From positions 185,442,001 to 185,506,000 of the forward strand of contig NC_042998.1 of NCBI RefSeq assembly GCF_006345805.1: a DNA stretch of 64,000 nucleotides, in the 5' to 3' direction. The position numbers were made by a program, and so were the translations under genes. This document shows, one piece after another, positions 38,268 to 51,706 of the stretch (the first letter of the stretch is position 1; each line of letters opens with the position of its first letter). Source of the DNA: Octopus sinensis (taxonomy: Eukaryota). The notes beneath the pieces were generated by a model that saw only the letters and a list, made by a program, of their open reading frames with translations, was not told the DNA's origin and did not search any database.

Positions 38268-39134
38268 ATGTAAGATGGAACCAAATCAGGAGGATAGGGT
38301 GGGTGATCAACCAGTTCAGAGCCAGTCACACACAGCAGCCTTTAAAAGAAAAGGACTTGTATGCTGGAGCATCATCCTGATGAATCAAGACCCCTTTGTC
38401 AGTTTTCCTGAGAGTGGAGTGAGGGCTGACCTTGATGGCCTTTCATAACTGCCTTAGCAGTTTCTTCCTCTTTTGTCTCTCTCACTCTCTCTTCGTCTAT
38501 GATTAGAGCTTTATAGCTGAACAATTAGAATTATGAAATGATATATAGTAAAATGGGGTCCCTCTGAAGGACCTCTGGAGTTATGTTACTTGACAAAGCA
38601 TGCAACCTGGAGATCAGGGAGTGTCTCTCTAGGTCGAGCTGCTACTTCACTGCATTGTGAAGTCAAAGCTTCAATAATTATGATTAGAATGTTACAAGAA
38701 AGAATCACAAAATAGATTCTTAAATCCAATCCAACCAGCAGAAAACCTAGGTATTAAAGGGGGTTGGATAATATCCAAACACTTAGTTGGTTACATTTGG
38801 ATATCCAGCTGAAAAATTTAATGCTTTAGTGTTTTTTTCTGATAGGACCCTAAGGAAGCAATACTTGAGGACTCTACTCCTATGATCCCATCTCCAAGAA
38901 TACTGGGCAGTGAAAATAGATGGCTATATAAAGTAAAATTTTCTTCTTTTCCTCTTATTTTGGTTTAATTTATTCTCAACTGCATTACCATAGTTTTCCA
39001 AATCACTGTTGAAAAAAATGTTGCAAAAAGACTGCAATTCAAATGAGACATACCAAAATTATTAACAACCCAAACTTGAATTAAAATATAAAACTATCAA
39101 GTATGATTATGACAAATTGAACAACAATACTTAC

Positions 39135-39339
39135 CAACAATCAAAGTTAACCTCATCTCCCCCAGCATGGAAATATTTATCAGGAAACATCATGCTAATT
39201 TCATAAATAAACTTCTTCATAAAGGCATATGTAGAATTCAAAATTGGATTGACAGGACCATATTTACCATTCTCAGATGAATATTGGTAACATGGAGTAA
39301 GAAGTTCTTTGTGAGATTTACCCCAGGATAAAGTATGGC
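39135..39339 (-). CDS. HEXB: Beta-hexosaminidase exon (205 bp) with the catalytic DE motif
   Basis: (G)[67 protein letters not shown](W); AG / GTAAGT. Confidence 0.96.
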
Positions 39340-41746
39340 CTAAAAGAAATGATTACATATAAACAGAAAATGCATGAATTTATGAATTCTACCAATAAAT
39401 TTTAAAATCAAATTGATATGACAAAAACAGATTTAGGTAATTAGAATCTATTTATCTAGCAGTAGCACCCGCCATCATCATCATTTAATGTCTATGTTCC
39501 ATGCTGGCATGGGTTGGGTGGTTTGATAGGATCCAATGAGTCTAAGGGCTACATCATGTGCCAGTGTCTGCTTTGTCATGGTTTTTACAATTGGGTACCC
39601 TTCCTAACACCAATCACTTTACAGCATGTATTGGGTGCTTTTCCATGCCGCTGACAATGGTGAGGTTGTCATGCATCTTGCAAGACTATGCCACCCCAAA
39701 AATAATCAAAATTTTAATTCACGATAATATCTGGCTTTTATTTCAGAAAGATCAACATGGCAAAGACAAAATCACAAACAAATAGGGGAGAAGACAAAAT
39801 GTAAATGTTAACTGGGAAGTTAGCATTGTAATTTTGATACTTTTTGATTGATATTTAGGAAGGACATAATCAAAAAATTGATGTTGTGTGCAAAATGCAA
39901 GCAATGAGTACGAGAAAAATGCAGTGGGTCCCTGGCACTAACAGGTAACAAAAGACTTCAGAATTGATAGAATTTAGCAAATGTTGGGTTGTTGTATGAA
40001 ATGCAATGCAATGTGGTTTAAGGCCTGTTAATATAAGTCAGGATGGATATCAATAAGAAAATACAAAGGCAAATTGAAGTTGACCACAATGCAACATTTA
40101 TTACTGTTGCTAAAGTGAATAAAAGCAAACTGATAGAACATGAATGATTGTCAAAGGTTTCTAGAAGTTGAAAAGGATTCTGGTTACAATTCTGCTTTTG
40201 CTGAAACTACAAAGTGGAATACACTGCTCTCATTGTTGAAGATCCAAAAGTTGCTCATAGCAGACTCACCCCCATAAGGAATTAAGGAGGAAAATCGTCC
40301 CTTAAATAACTGATGTTGAGACACTTGGCTAGTCTATCATACTAAGGGATGGACAGTCTGAGTAAAGGTAAATGGACTTGACCATTATGTGATGACCCAA
40401 ACATAGGTAACCAAAAGTCAAGAGCCACAATGTGGGTAGCCAAAGGTAAAGAGTGATCATGCTTATGCTACAGCTGTATAGAAGTAGTTAGTGGAAGGCT
40501 CATCTATGAAATGAAGTCTACAAATTGCTCAAATAACTCATAAGATGTAGTAAATAGTCTCTACAAGCTAGATGACTTGCCGAAAGTACAGAAGCTACAA
40601 TACAGAGTTATAAGAAATTAATCAGTTTTGGAAGTTGTAGTCTTTGTTGCTAACAAAGAGTTCCTCACCATATGAAAGGCAGAGTGAGAAGTGTGATGTT
40701 TCATAGTAGAGAAATATCTTTAATCCAGCAGAACATCTAGGATGTGACAACTGGGGTATTGAACTTACGAATAGTGCTGTCTGTGAAACATGTTCTCACC
40801 ATGTAAACAGACAAGCATATAATGCATGTATTTATTGTATTTGGAAATGAGGAAAATATAAAGGTCGCATAGGAACCACTGATCTAGTGACTAATTGAAT
40901 GTTTTTAGGCTTGCCAAAGTCATGCCTTTGTAAGAATTCAGACAATGGTGTTTGCCAGTGTTCACCAGTAGTGCTGTCTGTGAAACACATTTCTCACCAT
41001 GTAAACGAGTGTATGATGCATGTGTTTATTGTGCTGCAAGATGTTTGCTGGCTTGCAGCATATCCTGTGCATACATTTTAGTAATGGTAATGTAGCACCC
41101 ATCAACAGATGTGTAGTGCTTGCTATTAAATGGTGTTTTACTATAAGCATTGAGCATTCCATTATAAGCACCATGTATTACATCTATAGTGCAGGCTACA
41201 GTAAAGTAGCCACACAATTTTGTAACAGTGTTATTTATATGTACAGGATAATACAGTACTTTGACCCACAAATGTTATCCTGTTGTTTGTGAAAAACTAG
41301 GGCTGACTTTATGCAGGGTCAATGGAAAATTCTTAAATTTTTGGTCAAAAATAGGGGGTTGACTTTTACATGCTCCCTGTTAATGAAGTCAGAACAAAAA
41401 TACAAAAAATTATTATCATTATCATTATTACTGTGATGAACTGGTAGAATTATTAGCATATAAGGCAAAATGCTTAGCAACATTTTGTCTGTCTTTTATG
41501 TATTGGAAAACCTAGCTATCAAGCAAAGGAAGACAACTTGCCTGGCCATAATTTTTTAAGAGGAATATTTCTTGAACTGTTACTGATGTTCTTGTGTTTA
41601 AAAAAAATCATTCCTTATAGAGAACAGTTATCGTTTAGAGGAACTGAAGATATGTCTAGTTCACACTAGATATGAAACTAATGGTTTTAAAATCTAAACT
41701 GTTACTTTACACATACAAATATATAAATATTATATATATATATATA

Positions 41747-41790
<44 letters not shown>

Positions 41791-41951
41791 TATATATATA
41801 TATATATATATTACGGAGATGTACTCGCATAGCAAGTAATTTGATCTGAGATCGTGTGCTGAAACGAAAACAATTGCAGCGTGGAAGGTGTTTATAAGCC
41901 ATTTAAGAAACACACAAAAGCCGTTCGATTCACTCCAACATTTAAGTTTAA

Positions 41952-42001
41952 TTTGTCAAAATATTTTCGTCGCTAAAATCCGCGACCTGTTCACTGACAA
42001 A
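41952..42001 (-). ncRNA. Minimal type I hammerhead ribozyme, G3:C8 variant (left-arm copy)
   Basis: Identical reverse complement of 44604-44653. Confidence 0.7.
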
Positions 42002-44603
42002 GTCCGTGCTGCATCTAAGAAAGTAACAGTTAGTTCGTCATATATATGTACGTATGTATGTGTGTATGTATGTATACATGTGTGTATGTATGTACGTATG
42101 CATGTACGCACATACGCCTGTGTATGCATGCATGCATGTATACATGTGTGTATGTATGTACGTATGCATGTACGCACATACGCCTGTGTATGCATGCATG
42201 CATGCATGCATGTATGTATGTATGTATGTATGTATGTATGTATGTATGTATGTATGTATGTATGTATGTATGTATGTATGTATGTATGTATGTATGTATG
42301 TATGTATATATGTATGTGTGTGTATAAGCACGCACATACACTCTATAAAACATAAAGTTATAAACCTGTAGCGATGGATGGATGTAGAGTGACCACTCAT
42401 CACAACGCTATCAAATTTCAACTCCCTACGGCCGAGGCTGGAAAGTGAATTTATGACGCTTGCTCACAAGAACTATACCCTAAAATCTATTATCAGATTT
42501 TTATCTCTATATCACAGAACTAATGTTTTACTATTGTTCGTATGTATGTATGTGTGTATGTATTTATGTATGTGTGTATGTATGTATGTACATACGTACG
42601 CATGTGCGTATGTATGTATACGCGCTCGTATGCATGTGCCCATGTATGTGTGTGTGTACATGTACGTGCGTATGTACGTGTGTATGCCCATACGTAGGTA
42701 TGTATGTATGTTTGTATTCATGTGCTACGTATGTATGTGAGTGTCTAGAGAATGGGCAGATGTGTCCGTGAGAGTGTGTACATGTGTATGTGAACGTATG
42801 TCGTGTACTGGCATGTGTCCGTCCAAGTTGTGTACATGACTGTTACTTTGCTGAAGGTTGTATACATATTTACATATATGTTTGTATAGACGCACACACA
42901 TATATATATGTGTGTGGGTGTGTGTTTGTGTTCCTCTATCATCGTCTAACCGTGAATGGATACAACGCCTAGGTGCAACTGTTCGTATCAAACAACGTCT
43001 GCTCATACCGTTGTATATAACTGCACATACGCATTGCAACCTTATGTAAGGCTACAGGTGAAGGGAGAGGAGAGAGGGGTGGTTATAGAATGTCCTTCTG
43101 ATGGGATCTGGATGTTATTCCATTCGGACTTTCGGTTGAGAGTAGGTTTGTATTCTTGTATACAAACAGCTTCTGTGACCTGTCTCAACATTGCATCGGT
43201 GGGATGTGTAGATAGGAGGTTCACTTAAGCTCCCCTAAGGATCCCTTGTGGCAGTCTACAGCATGTTGGTATAAGATGGAGTTTGGCTTCCTTTCAATGT
43301 AGTTGTCCAGGTGTTCTTTGAACCTATCATTGATGCTTCTAGAGGTCTGTCATACATAGGTGAGACCTCTAGAAGCATCAATGATAGGTTCAAAGAACAC
43401 CTGGACAACTACATTGAAAGGAAGCCAAACTCCAGCTTCTACCAACATGCTGTAGACTGCCACAAGGGATCCTTAGGGGAGCTAAGTTGAACATCCTATC
43501 TACACATCCCACCGATGCAATGTTGAGACAGGTCACAGAAGCTGTTTGTATACAAGAATACAAACCTACTCTCAACCGAAAGTCCGAATGGAATAACATC
43601 CAGATCCCATTCAGAAGGACTATTCTATAACCACCCCTCTCTCTCTCTCCCTTTCACCTGTAGTCCTTACATACAGGTTGCAATGCGTATGTGCAGTTAT
43701 ATACAACGGTATGAGCAGACGTTGTTTGATACGAACAGTTGCACCTAGGCGTTGTATCCATTCACGGTTAGACGATGATGAGAGGAACAACACACCCCAC
43801 ACACATATATATATATGTGTGTGTGCGTCTATACAAACATATATGTAAATATGTATACACAATTCAGCAAGTAACAGTCATGTACACAACTTGGACGGAC
43901 ACATGCCAGTACACGGACATACGTTCACATACACATACACATGTACACACTCTCACGGACACATCTGCCCATTCTCCTAGACACTCACATACATACGTAG
44001 CACATGAATACAACATACATACATACCTACGTATGGGCATACACACGTACATACGCACGTACATGTACACAGACACATACATGGGCACATGCATACGAGC
44101 GCGTATACATACATACGCACATGCGTACGTATGTACATACATACGCACATGCGTACGTATGTACATACATACATACATACATACATACATACATACATAA
44201 ATACATACAACACTACATACATACATACGAACAATAGTAAAACATAGTTCTGTGATATAGAGATAAAAATCTGATAATAGATTTTAGGGTATAGTTCTTG
44301 TGAGCAAGCGTCATAAATTCACTTTCCAGCCTCGGCCGTAGGGAGTTGAAATTGATAGCGTTGTGATGAGTGGTCACTCTACATCCATCCATCGCTACAG
44401 GTTTATAACTTTTGTTTTATAGAGTGTATGTGCGTGCTTATACACACACATACATATATACATATATAATACATACATACATACATGCATACACAGGCGT
44501 ATGTGCGTACATGCATACATACACACTGTATACATACATACACACATACATACGTACATATATATGACGAACTAACTGTTACTTTCTTAGATGCAGCACG
44601 GAC

Positions 44604-44653
44604 TTTGTCAGTGAACAGGTCGCGGATTTTAGCGACGAAAATATTTTGACAAA
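44604..44653 (+). ncRNA. Minimal type I hammerhead ribozyme, G3:C8 variant
   Basis: Stem I tttgtca/tgacaaa (7 bp), core GUGAACA plus an extra G, stem II gtcgc/gcgac, GAAA, self-complementary AATATT stem III, predicted UUU cleavage triplet (after 44646). Confidence 0.7.
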
Positions 44654-46249
44654 TTAAACTTAAATGTTGGAGTGAATCGAACGGCTTTTGTGTGTTTCTT
44701 AAATGCTTATACCACCTCCACGCTGCAATTGTTTATATATAATATATATATATATTATATATATATATATATTATATATATATATATATATTATAATATA
44801 TATATGTATATATATAGATAGATATATATATAATAGATATATATATAATATATATAGATATATATATAGATATATAGATATTAGATATATAGATATATGT
44901 ATGTATGTAGTTGATAAAGGAAACATAAGATGGATTTAGTGTGAATCTTTATTCAGCATGACGATCATTTTGACCCACCCTGCATCTGTCCCATGGGGGT
45001 AGTATATTGTGCATCTGTTTGCATTGCATCTATCAGTGCAGGCTGTGTTGCTTCAGGTGTTTGGTGTAGAAAAAAATATCGCACTAGATATACTGAATTC
45101 CCCTATATATGCTTATATGTATGAGTTTAAGCTTGTAAATGTATGTGTGTATACTTATATGAATGTTTGGGAATGTATATAGGGAATAATTTATTTCAGT
45201 AAAACAAATGGCATCTGCACTACAACACATTCCTGTATGTCAACTCATCTGTGAATCCTGGTTGTCAAATATTTGAAATAACACTTCCATTTGAAATGTT
45301 CTTGGTCCTATCTTTGCAATAAGTATTTACTTCTGCTAGACCACATAGCTGTGTTGTAGTCGAATGAGTGTCCTTATACATGAGATATTCTAACAGTGCC
45401 TTAGCATGGTTTTAGCTATGACATCTAAAACAATATAAAGAATAGACATACAACATAGTTAACCATTGGCAAACATGCAAACACGCTCCTCACATACACA
45501 TGCGAGTCAGCGAGTGTGTCCCTATGTAGTCAGCTAATCTACTAGAAATAGCAGCCAAATCTTTCACTAATTACATGCTGTTATTTTGAAAATGGATACA
45601 TCCATCTCCAGCTAGTTGAACCATCACACGTTCAATAACAATTTCGTGAACAAACACAAGAACATAGACACAACAATGACACTCATAAAGAAATATCAAA
45701 TTAATCAATAGCAGGCACATAAAATATACACGTGAGTCAGCGAGTGTGTCCCTATGTAGTCAGCTAATCTACTAGAAATAGCAGCCAAATCTCTCACTGA
45801 TTACATGCTGTTATTTTGAAAGTGGATACAACACATGAATAAGCAAACCTAGGTGGACAATGCTCTTGAGGTCATGATCATCATCATTGGGATGTGTTTA
45901 ATCATAGGTATGGGTTGGACGGTTCCACCGGGATCTGGGAAGCCAGAAGGCTGTACCAGGCTCCAGTCTGATCTGGCATCCAGCTGTAGAAACACTGCCA
46001 GATCAGAATGGAGCCTGGTGCAGCCTTCTGGCTTCCTAGATCCTGGTCGAACCCATGCTAGTGTAGATGATGATGATGATGCTCAGTTAGAGCTGAGAGC
46101 TAAACAGTAACAACAATACACACAACATGCATGTGTATACACAACCACTGTTTCAAGCAGACTCATGAATTCATGTACATACAACAATAAGCACATATAC
46201 ATTCTTACAGACACCATTTGTGATTTATGACTTATTTAAAGACACGTAC

Positions 46250-46358
46250 CTGGTGTATCGAATTCTGGCACCACTCTAATGCCTCGCAAACGAGCATATT
46301 CAACGATCTCCTTTACATCAGACTGGGTGTAAATATGTGTCAATGGGTTGAATGCTCC
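46250..46358 (-). CDS. HEXB: Beta-hexosaminidase exon (109 bp)
   Basis: [36 protein letters not shown](G); AG / GTACGT. Confidence 0.96.
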
Positions 46359-46436
46359 CTGTTAACGAAGTCAGAACATAGATACAAAAATTTATTATTA
46401 TTATTAAGGTGATGAACTGGAAGAATTATTAGCATA

Positions 46437-46883
46437 CTAGCAGTATCGCCCGGCGTTGCTCGGGTTTGTAAGGAAAATAACTATATAAGCATTTTTAGAG
46501 AGTTACTTCCCTTATATAATAGCCAAAATATGCATTAAAAATTGATTCATCGTAGACGCGCGCTAATACCCAGAAGGGCCCGATATGAATCATGACTATA
46601 AGATACCCGCTATTGGTTAAACTGCACCGCAAAATGTGGGAGTAAGAGAGTTACTTCCCTTATATAATAGCCAAAAAATGCATTAAAAATGGGGAAAAAA
46701 TGATGGTACATTTTTTTTAAATCGTAGATTCATCGTAGACGCACGCTAATACCCAGAAGGGCTCGATATGAATCACGACTATAAGATACCCACTTTTAGT
46801 TAAACTGCACCGCAAAATGTGGGAGTAGTTAGGAATCTAAATCGTAGGAGACAGACACACAACTTCACTTTTATATATAAAGA
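46437..46883 (-). mobile_element. Non-autonomous Helitron with an internal ~150 bp duplication
   Basis: A|TC 5' end, subterminal hairpin cccgagcaacgccggg, CTAG|T 3' end, no TSD. Confidence 0.8.
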
Positions 46884-46900
46884 TTTTTAGAAAGAATTAT

Positions 46901-47270
46901 TAGGCGCAGGAGTGGCTGTGTGGTAAGTAGCTTGCTAACCAGCCACATGGTTCCAGGTTCAGTCCCACTGCGTGGCATCTTGGGCAAGTGTCTTCTGCTA
47001 TAGCCCTGGGCCGACCAATGCCTTGTGAGTGGATTTGGTAGACGGAAACTGAAAGAAGCCTGTCGTATATATGTATATATATATGTATATGTGTGTGTGT
47101 TTGTGTATCTGTGTTTGTCCCCCTAGCATTGCTTGACAACCGATGCTTAGCGGTTCAGCAAAAGAGACCGATAGAATGAGTACTGGGCTTACAAAGAATA
47201 AGTCCCGGGGTTGATTTGCTCGACTAAAAAGGCGGTGCTCCAGCATGGACACAGTCAAATGACTGAAGAG
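46901..47270 (+). mobile_element. SINE family A (small internal deletion)
   Basis: Head and tail match 17204-17607. Confidence 0.88.
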
Positions 47271-47793
47271 TATATCAGGCAAAATCCTTAGCAGCATTTT
47301 GTCTGCTGTGAAGATGGTTACTAAAAGCAAGCTCCTTGCACAAAGCATCTATGAATAAACGGTTATTGAATTTACTCCGCCTGAGAACTTCATTCTTCGT
47401 ATTTCCAGCTCCTTGAATCAACATAATAACTATAATGGAAGAAGAATATACCCCCAAAAGTATCATAAAAACCTTCCTTCCATTATATTACTAAAAGGTG
47501 TAAGAACATGTCGAAACAATTGTAGCGATTTTAAATAGAGAATGTCATTAATTCCATTTATCTTTTGTCTATTTGTGTGTGTGTGTATAGAGTTGCCTAT
47601 GTTTCAAAGATTCATGGTGTAAGGCTTATCAAATATTAAACATGTAGAGTATGTTGTTCTATATATTTTTATTAAAGTACTTAACATTACATGTGATACA
47701 AAAGTAGCTATTGCAGCAGATGTAGCAATAGTAATGGAACGCAAGTTAAAAGAATTTACAGTGAAAATTAAGATATTTGGAGGGAGGTGGGGA

Positions 47794-48163
47794 GGATCTT
47801 TTCGGTTTGAATGGCAGTTTTTAACATAATTTCTAGGTAACTAAAAAATGTTAAACTTCATATACTGGTAGAATGTGTTTATAAAACATCTTTTTCTCTT
47901 GGCTTTATTGAGAAAAAACTATAGTTTGTAAAATATTTGTTGTTGTTTTTCTTCAATTTCTGCAATTTCAACCAATCAATGACATCCATTGAGGTAAAAA
48001 ACATTCTGTGCCATATGAATATGTCCCTCATTTAAGAAACAGATTGGGTTTATTTACATTTGTGAAGAAAAAAAAGATACCCTTTCCCCCACCCCTAACC
48101 CTAACCCTAAAACAGATTGATACTAGGTCATAATTATGGGTGACAATTTCATTGAAAAGATCC
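47794..48163. mobile_element. Merlin-like MITE, second copy
   Basis: GGATC...GATCC ends, 8 bp TSD (7/8 match), internal ccctaaccctaa. Confidence 0.7.
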
Positions 48164-49646
48164 GGTGGTGAGTTGTTGAAAACAAGTGGAGTTGACAGAA
48201 GGGCATGTGAAAGTTTAAAAAAAAAAAAATTGACAAAGAGTGAAAATTTCAAATAATAAGAGAAGAGAAGACAAATAAAGAGATAGATAAAAGGGTAAAC
48301 ATGAAACAAAGGAGACAGAGAGATATGTGACATTAACAGGATAGTGAATTCATAATTTGAGGTATAAATTGTTGCTTAAGATCAAGGTCATTAGGTTATC
48401 AATCTAAATTTTAACTGGATTGACACTATTCTAGGTCTGTTGTAGTATAGTCAGTACTAGAATTACTTGAGTGCATAGTGGGACTATCAGAATAATAACG
48501 AAGGCTTATTATTGAATTCTATCATAGTATAATAGTATAAGCACAAGCATGGCTGTGTGATAAGATTGCTTTCCAGTAACAAGGTCCAGGGTTCAGTCTC
48601 AGTGTGTGGCACCTTGGGCAAGTGTCTTCTACTGTAGTCCTGGTTTGACTAAACAAGCTTTGTGAGTGGGTTTGGTAGATGGAAGTTGAAAGAAGACCGT
48701 CATATATGTGTGCATGCGCGTGCGTGTGCGTGAGTGTGTGTGTCTGCGCGCGCGTGCATGCACATGTGTGTATATGTATATGAGTGTCTTAGTGTGTGTT
48801 TGTGTATCCTTGCCTTGACATCACATGATAGTTGTAAATGAGTGCCACTGTCATACAAGCAGTGTCACTCATTTCCAATATACTGCAAAAACATGTCTGG
48901 CCATGGGGAAACTAAACATCACTTTGCTTAAAAACAAGTGAAGATTGATGACAAAAAAAACATCTAGCTGTAGAAAATCTGCTTCAATAAACTCTGTTTG
49001 AGCCATGCAGGCATGGAAAAGTGTTATGCTAAAATAATTCTACTATATAGTAGAATTACAGTATGTTTGTGACAAATCAGATGTAAACAGATATGAGCTT
49101 GAAAAGGCATTAGAGAAATGTAGATGCATTTGCAAATGAATAATCTTGATGTTGCATACAGGGATGCACATGCTTACATCAAATGGAGAGAAATATTGTG
49201 ATAGAAAGTAATATAATATGAAGGCCAAAATGTAGGTTGCTTCCAAAAAAACAAATATTCTATTACACAGACACACACACACATAAAAGCATGTCATAGC
49301 TCTGCATAGAGCTCAGTTGTGTGTACACAACAACAACATCTTGCCAAAACATTGAACTCTCAGATAATCTATCCACTAATAGCAAAATAGGAGCAACCCT
49401 CTGTTCTGAAGTGTAGTGGTTGTAAAATTGACATACTGAAATATTAAGTTGAAGTCCTTCTTTGGAATATCTTGACCCAGTCAGATTGATTTGTCTAAGA
49501 TAAACTTCATGAAGATGAAATCAGCAGTAGTGCTTGGAAATGATCCAGTGAGTTATGGTAAAAGTATTAAATTACTATGAGCCAAAGACAACATTCCAAC
49601 GTTTAGAAAAAGTATAAATAATGAAAAAGATTTTTTACATATTTAC

Positions 49647-49748
49647 TTTATTGCTGAGTTCTGGGAAGTAAAAACTCTGGTATGGAAATGACTGATCATC
49701 AACAATGTGCCAATGGAACACATTGAATTTGTTCTGTGACATGATTTC
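49647..49748 (-). CDS. HEXB: Beta-hexosaminidase exon (102 bp)
   Basis: [34 protein letters not shown]; AG / GTAAAT. Confidence 0.96.
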
Positions 49749-51279
49749 CTAAAATGGTAAATAAAAGAGAAAAAAAAAAATTATTTTCTTTACCAAAGTC
49801 ATCATCATTATTGTTAACACTACCCCAACAAACTCCTATCATTAGCATCATCATTTTCAGCAGCACAATGCTATGAGTATCATCATTGCTATTATCATCC
49901 AATTATTTATCAAAGTGTTAATCTGCTATTTGTAGTCCAGTCTGGCAACCATGTTGCGAAGGGAGTTTACATATATAAGTATGTTTGTATATAAATGAAT
50001 TTGGCTATAAAATAATTATTCATATTATAGAAGAGTATACGCTGTGTGTGTGCATGCATGTGTGTCTATATATCATCATTTCATCATTTCATTTAGCGTC
50101 CGCTTTCCATGCTAGCATGGGTTGGACAGTTCAACTAGGGTCTGGGAAGCCAGAAGGCTGCACCAGGCCCAGTCTGATCTGGCAATGTTTCTACGGCTGG
50201 ATGCCCTTCCTAACGCCAACCACTCCGTGAGTGTAGTGGGTGCTTTTTACGTGCCACCGGCACAGTTGCCAGATGGGGCTGGCGAATATATATATATATA
50301 TACACCCACTACACTCTCGGAGTGCTTGGCGTTAGGAAGGGCATCCAACTGTAGAAACTCTGCCAGATCAAGATTGAAGCCTGGTGCAGCCATCTGGTTT
50401 GCCAGCCCTCAGTTAAATCGTCCAACCCATGCTAGCATGGAAAGCAGACATTAACGATGATGATGATGATGATGATGATCATCATCATCATCATCATCAT
50501 CCATATTTTCATATGATTCTTCTGATAATGACAATCAGCTCAACTAAGAGAGCATTCTGAAGAACACAATAGGCTAGGGTTGAGAAAGATGTCAATGTGA
50601 CAGAAAAGATAGTTGTAATGGCAAAAGAAATGGTTTTACCGAAGTTAGTAGACATGACAAAATCATGACACAATAACAACTACTCTTAAGATATTAAAGA
50701 GCAATAGTTATATCAACGATAGTTAACATTATATAACAATTTTAAAGCATAGAGGCATCTTGTAACTGGGTTGATCCACATGACAGCATTCCTGCACTAC
50801 AAAAACCTGCCCTTGTGTCAGTATCCTATCAAAAGAAATCAATCCCTTATCACTATACTACATTCTAAGTTCACTTTGCCTTTCATCGTTCCAGAGTTGA
50901 TACCATTGAGTACTAGTCAAGTACGGGGGTTAATTTAAGTGACTGATACTGGTATCATCCTGGTTTCTTCCAACAAGAGATTACATCTGAAAAGAGCAAA
51001 TGCGCTTTCTCAGTGTTTTACACATGCTTTTTAGGTGGATAGGGGTGTAAACTATAACAGCCATGGTATTCCTAAGAGGAACAGTGACCACAGCCTTGCA
51101 AGATATAATGATGGAATGATACTACATGACATATCTGTCATTGCATCTGATGCAAATGCAAATAAGAGTTGATAGATATGATATGAGTGAAGATGATGAT
51201 GATAATGATAATCTTAAGAATTTATAAACTAGCAATAATAAATCTCTGAGCAAGGTATAGACAGTAGTTGCACGGCATC

Positions 51280-51488
51280 GTGAAGTATATTTGCCACTTA
51301 AATGTGGCTAACCCTTAAGGGTGGATGCTACTGTAGAAGATGGGAAGGATGGCTTCTCTTCGCAAATATTGATAGCGCACAGAAAGTGTGTCAATAGCCA
51401 GCTGGAGGAGGTGTCCTCCTGGGGCTACAAGCTACAGTAGCATCCACCCTTAAGGGTTAGTCACATTTAAGTGGCAAATATGCTTCAC
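51280..51488. repeat. Fold-back element (57 bp arms, 2 mismatches, 95 bp spacer)
   Basis: Arms 51280-51336 and 51432-51488. Confidence 0.85.
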
Positions 51489-51706
51489 AATTTATAAACT
51501 ATTTACAACATATATATAATTTATAATATATATGTTATAGAAATAAACTATGATCAAACTGTAACAGATTTCCTTCACCTACTTGTTATGAAAAGTTTCA
51601 AAACTAAATAATAAACAAGATATATTAGATTAATAAAAGATAATATTGGAATTAATACTGAAAGGCAAGTAACACATACTACTTAACAAAATGTCAGTTT
51701 CCTTAC

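Larger units (their letters stand above)
41811..44734. mobile_element. Head-to-head palindromic pair of 5'-truncated Penelope-like elements inserted in (TA)n
   Basis: Arms 41811-43348 and 43363-44734 around a 14 bp spacer; GIY-YIG C-terminal half YIGETSRSINDRFKEHLDNY...HAVDCH...MLRQVTEAVCIQEYKPTLNRKSEW starting at 43353; hammerhead near each outer end. Confidence 0.88.
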
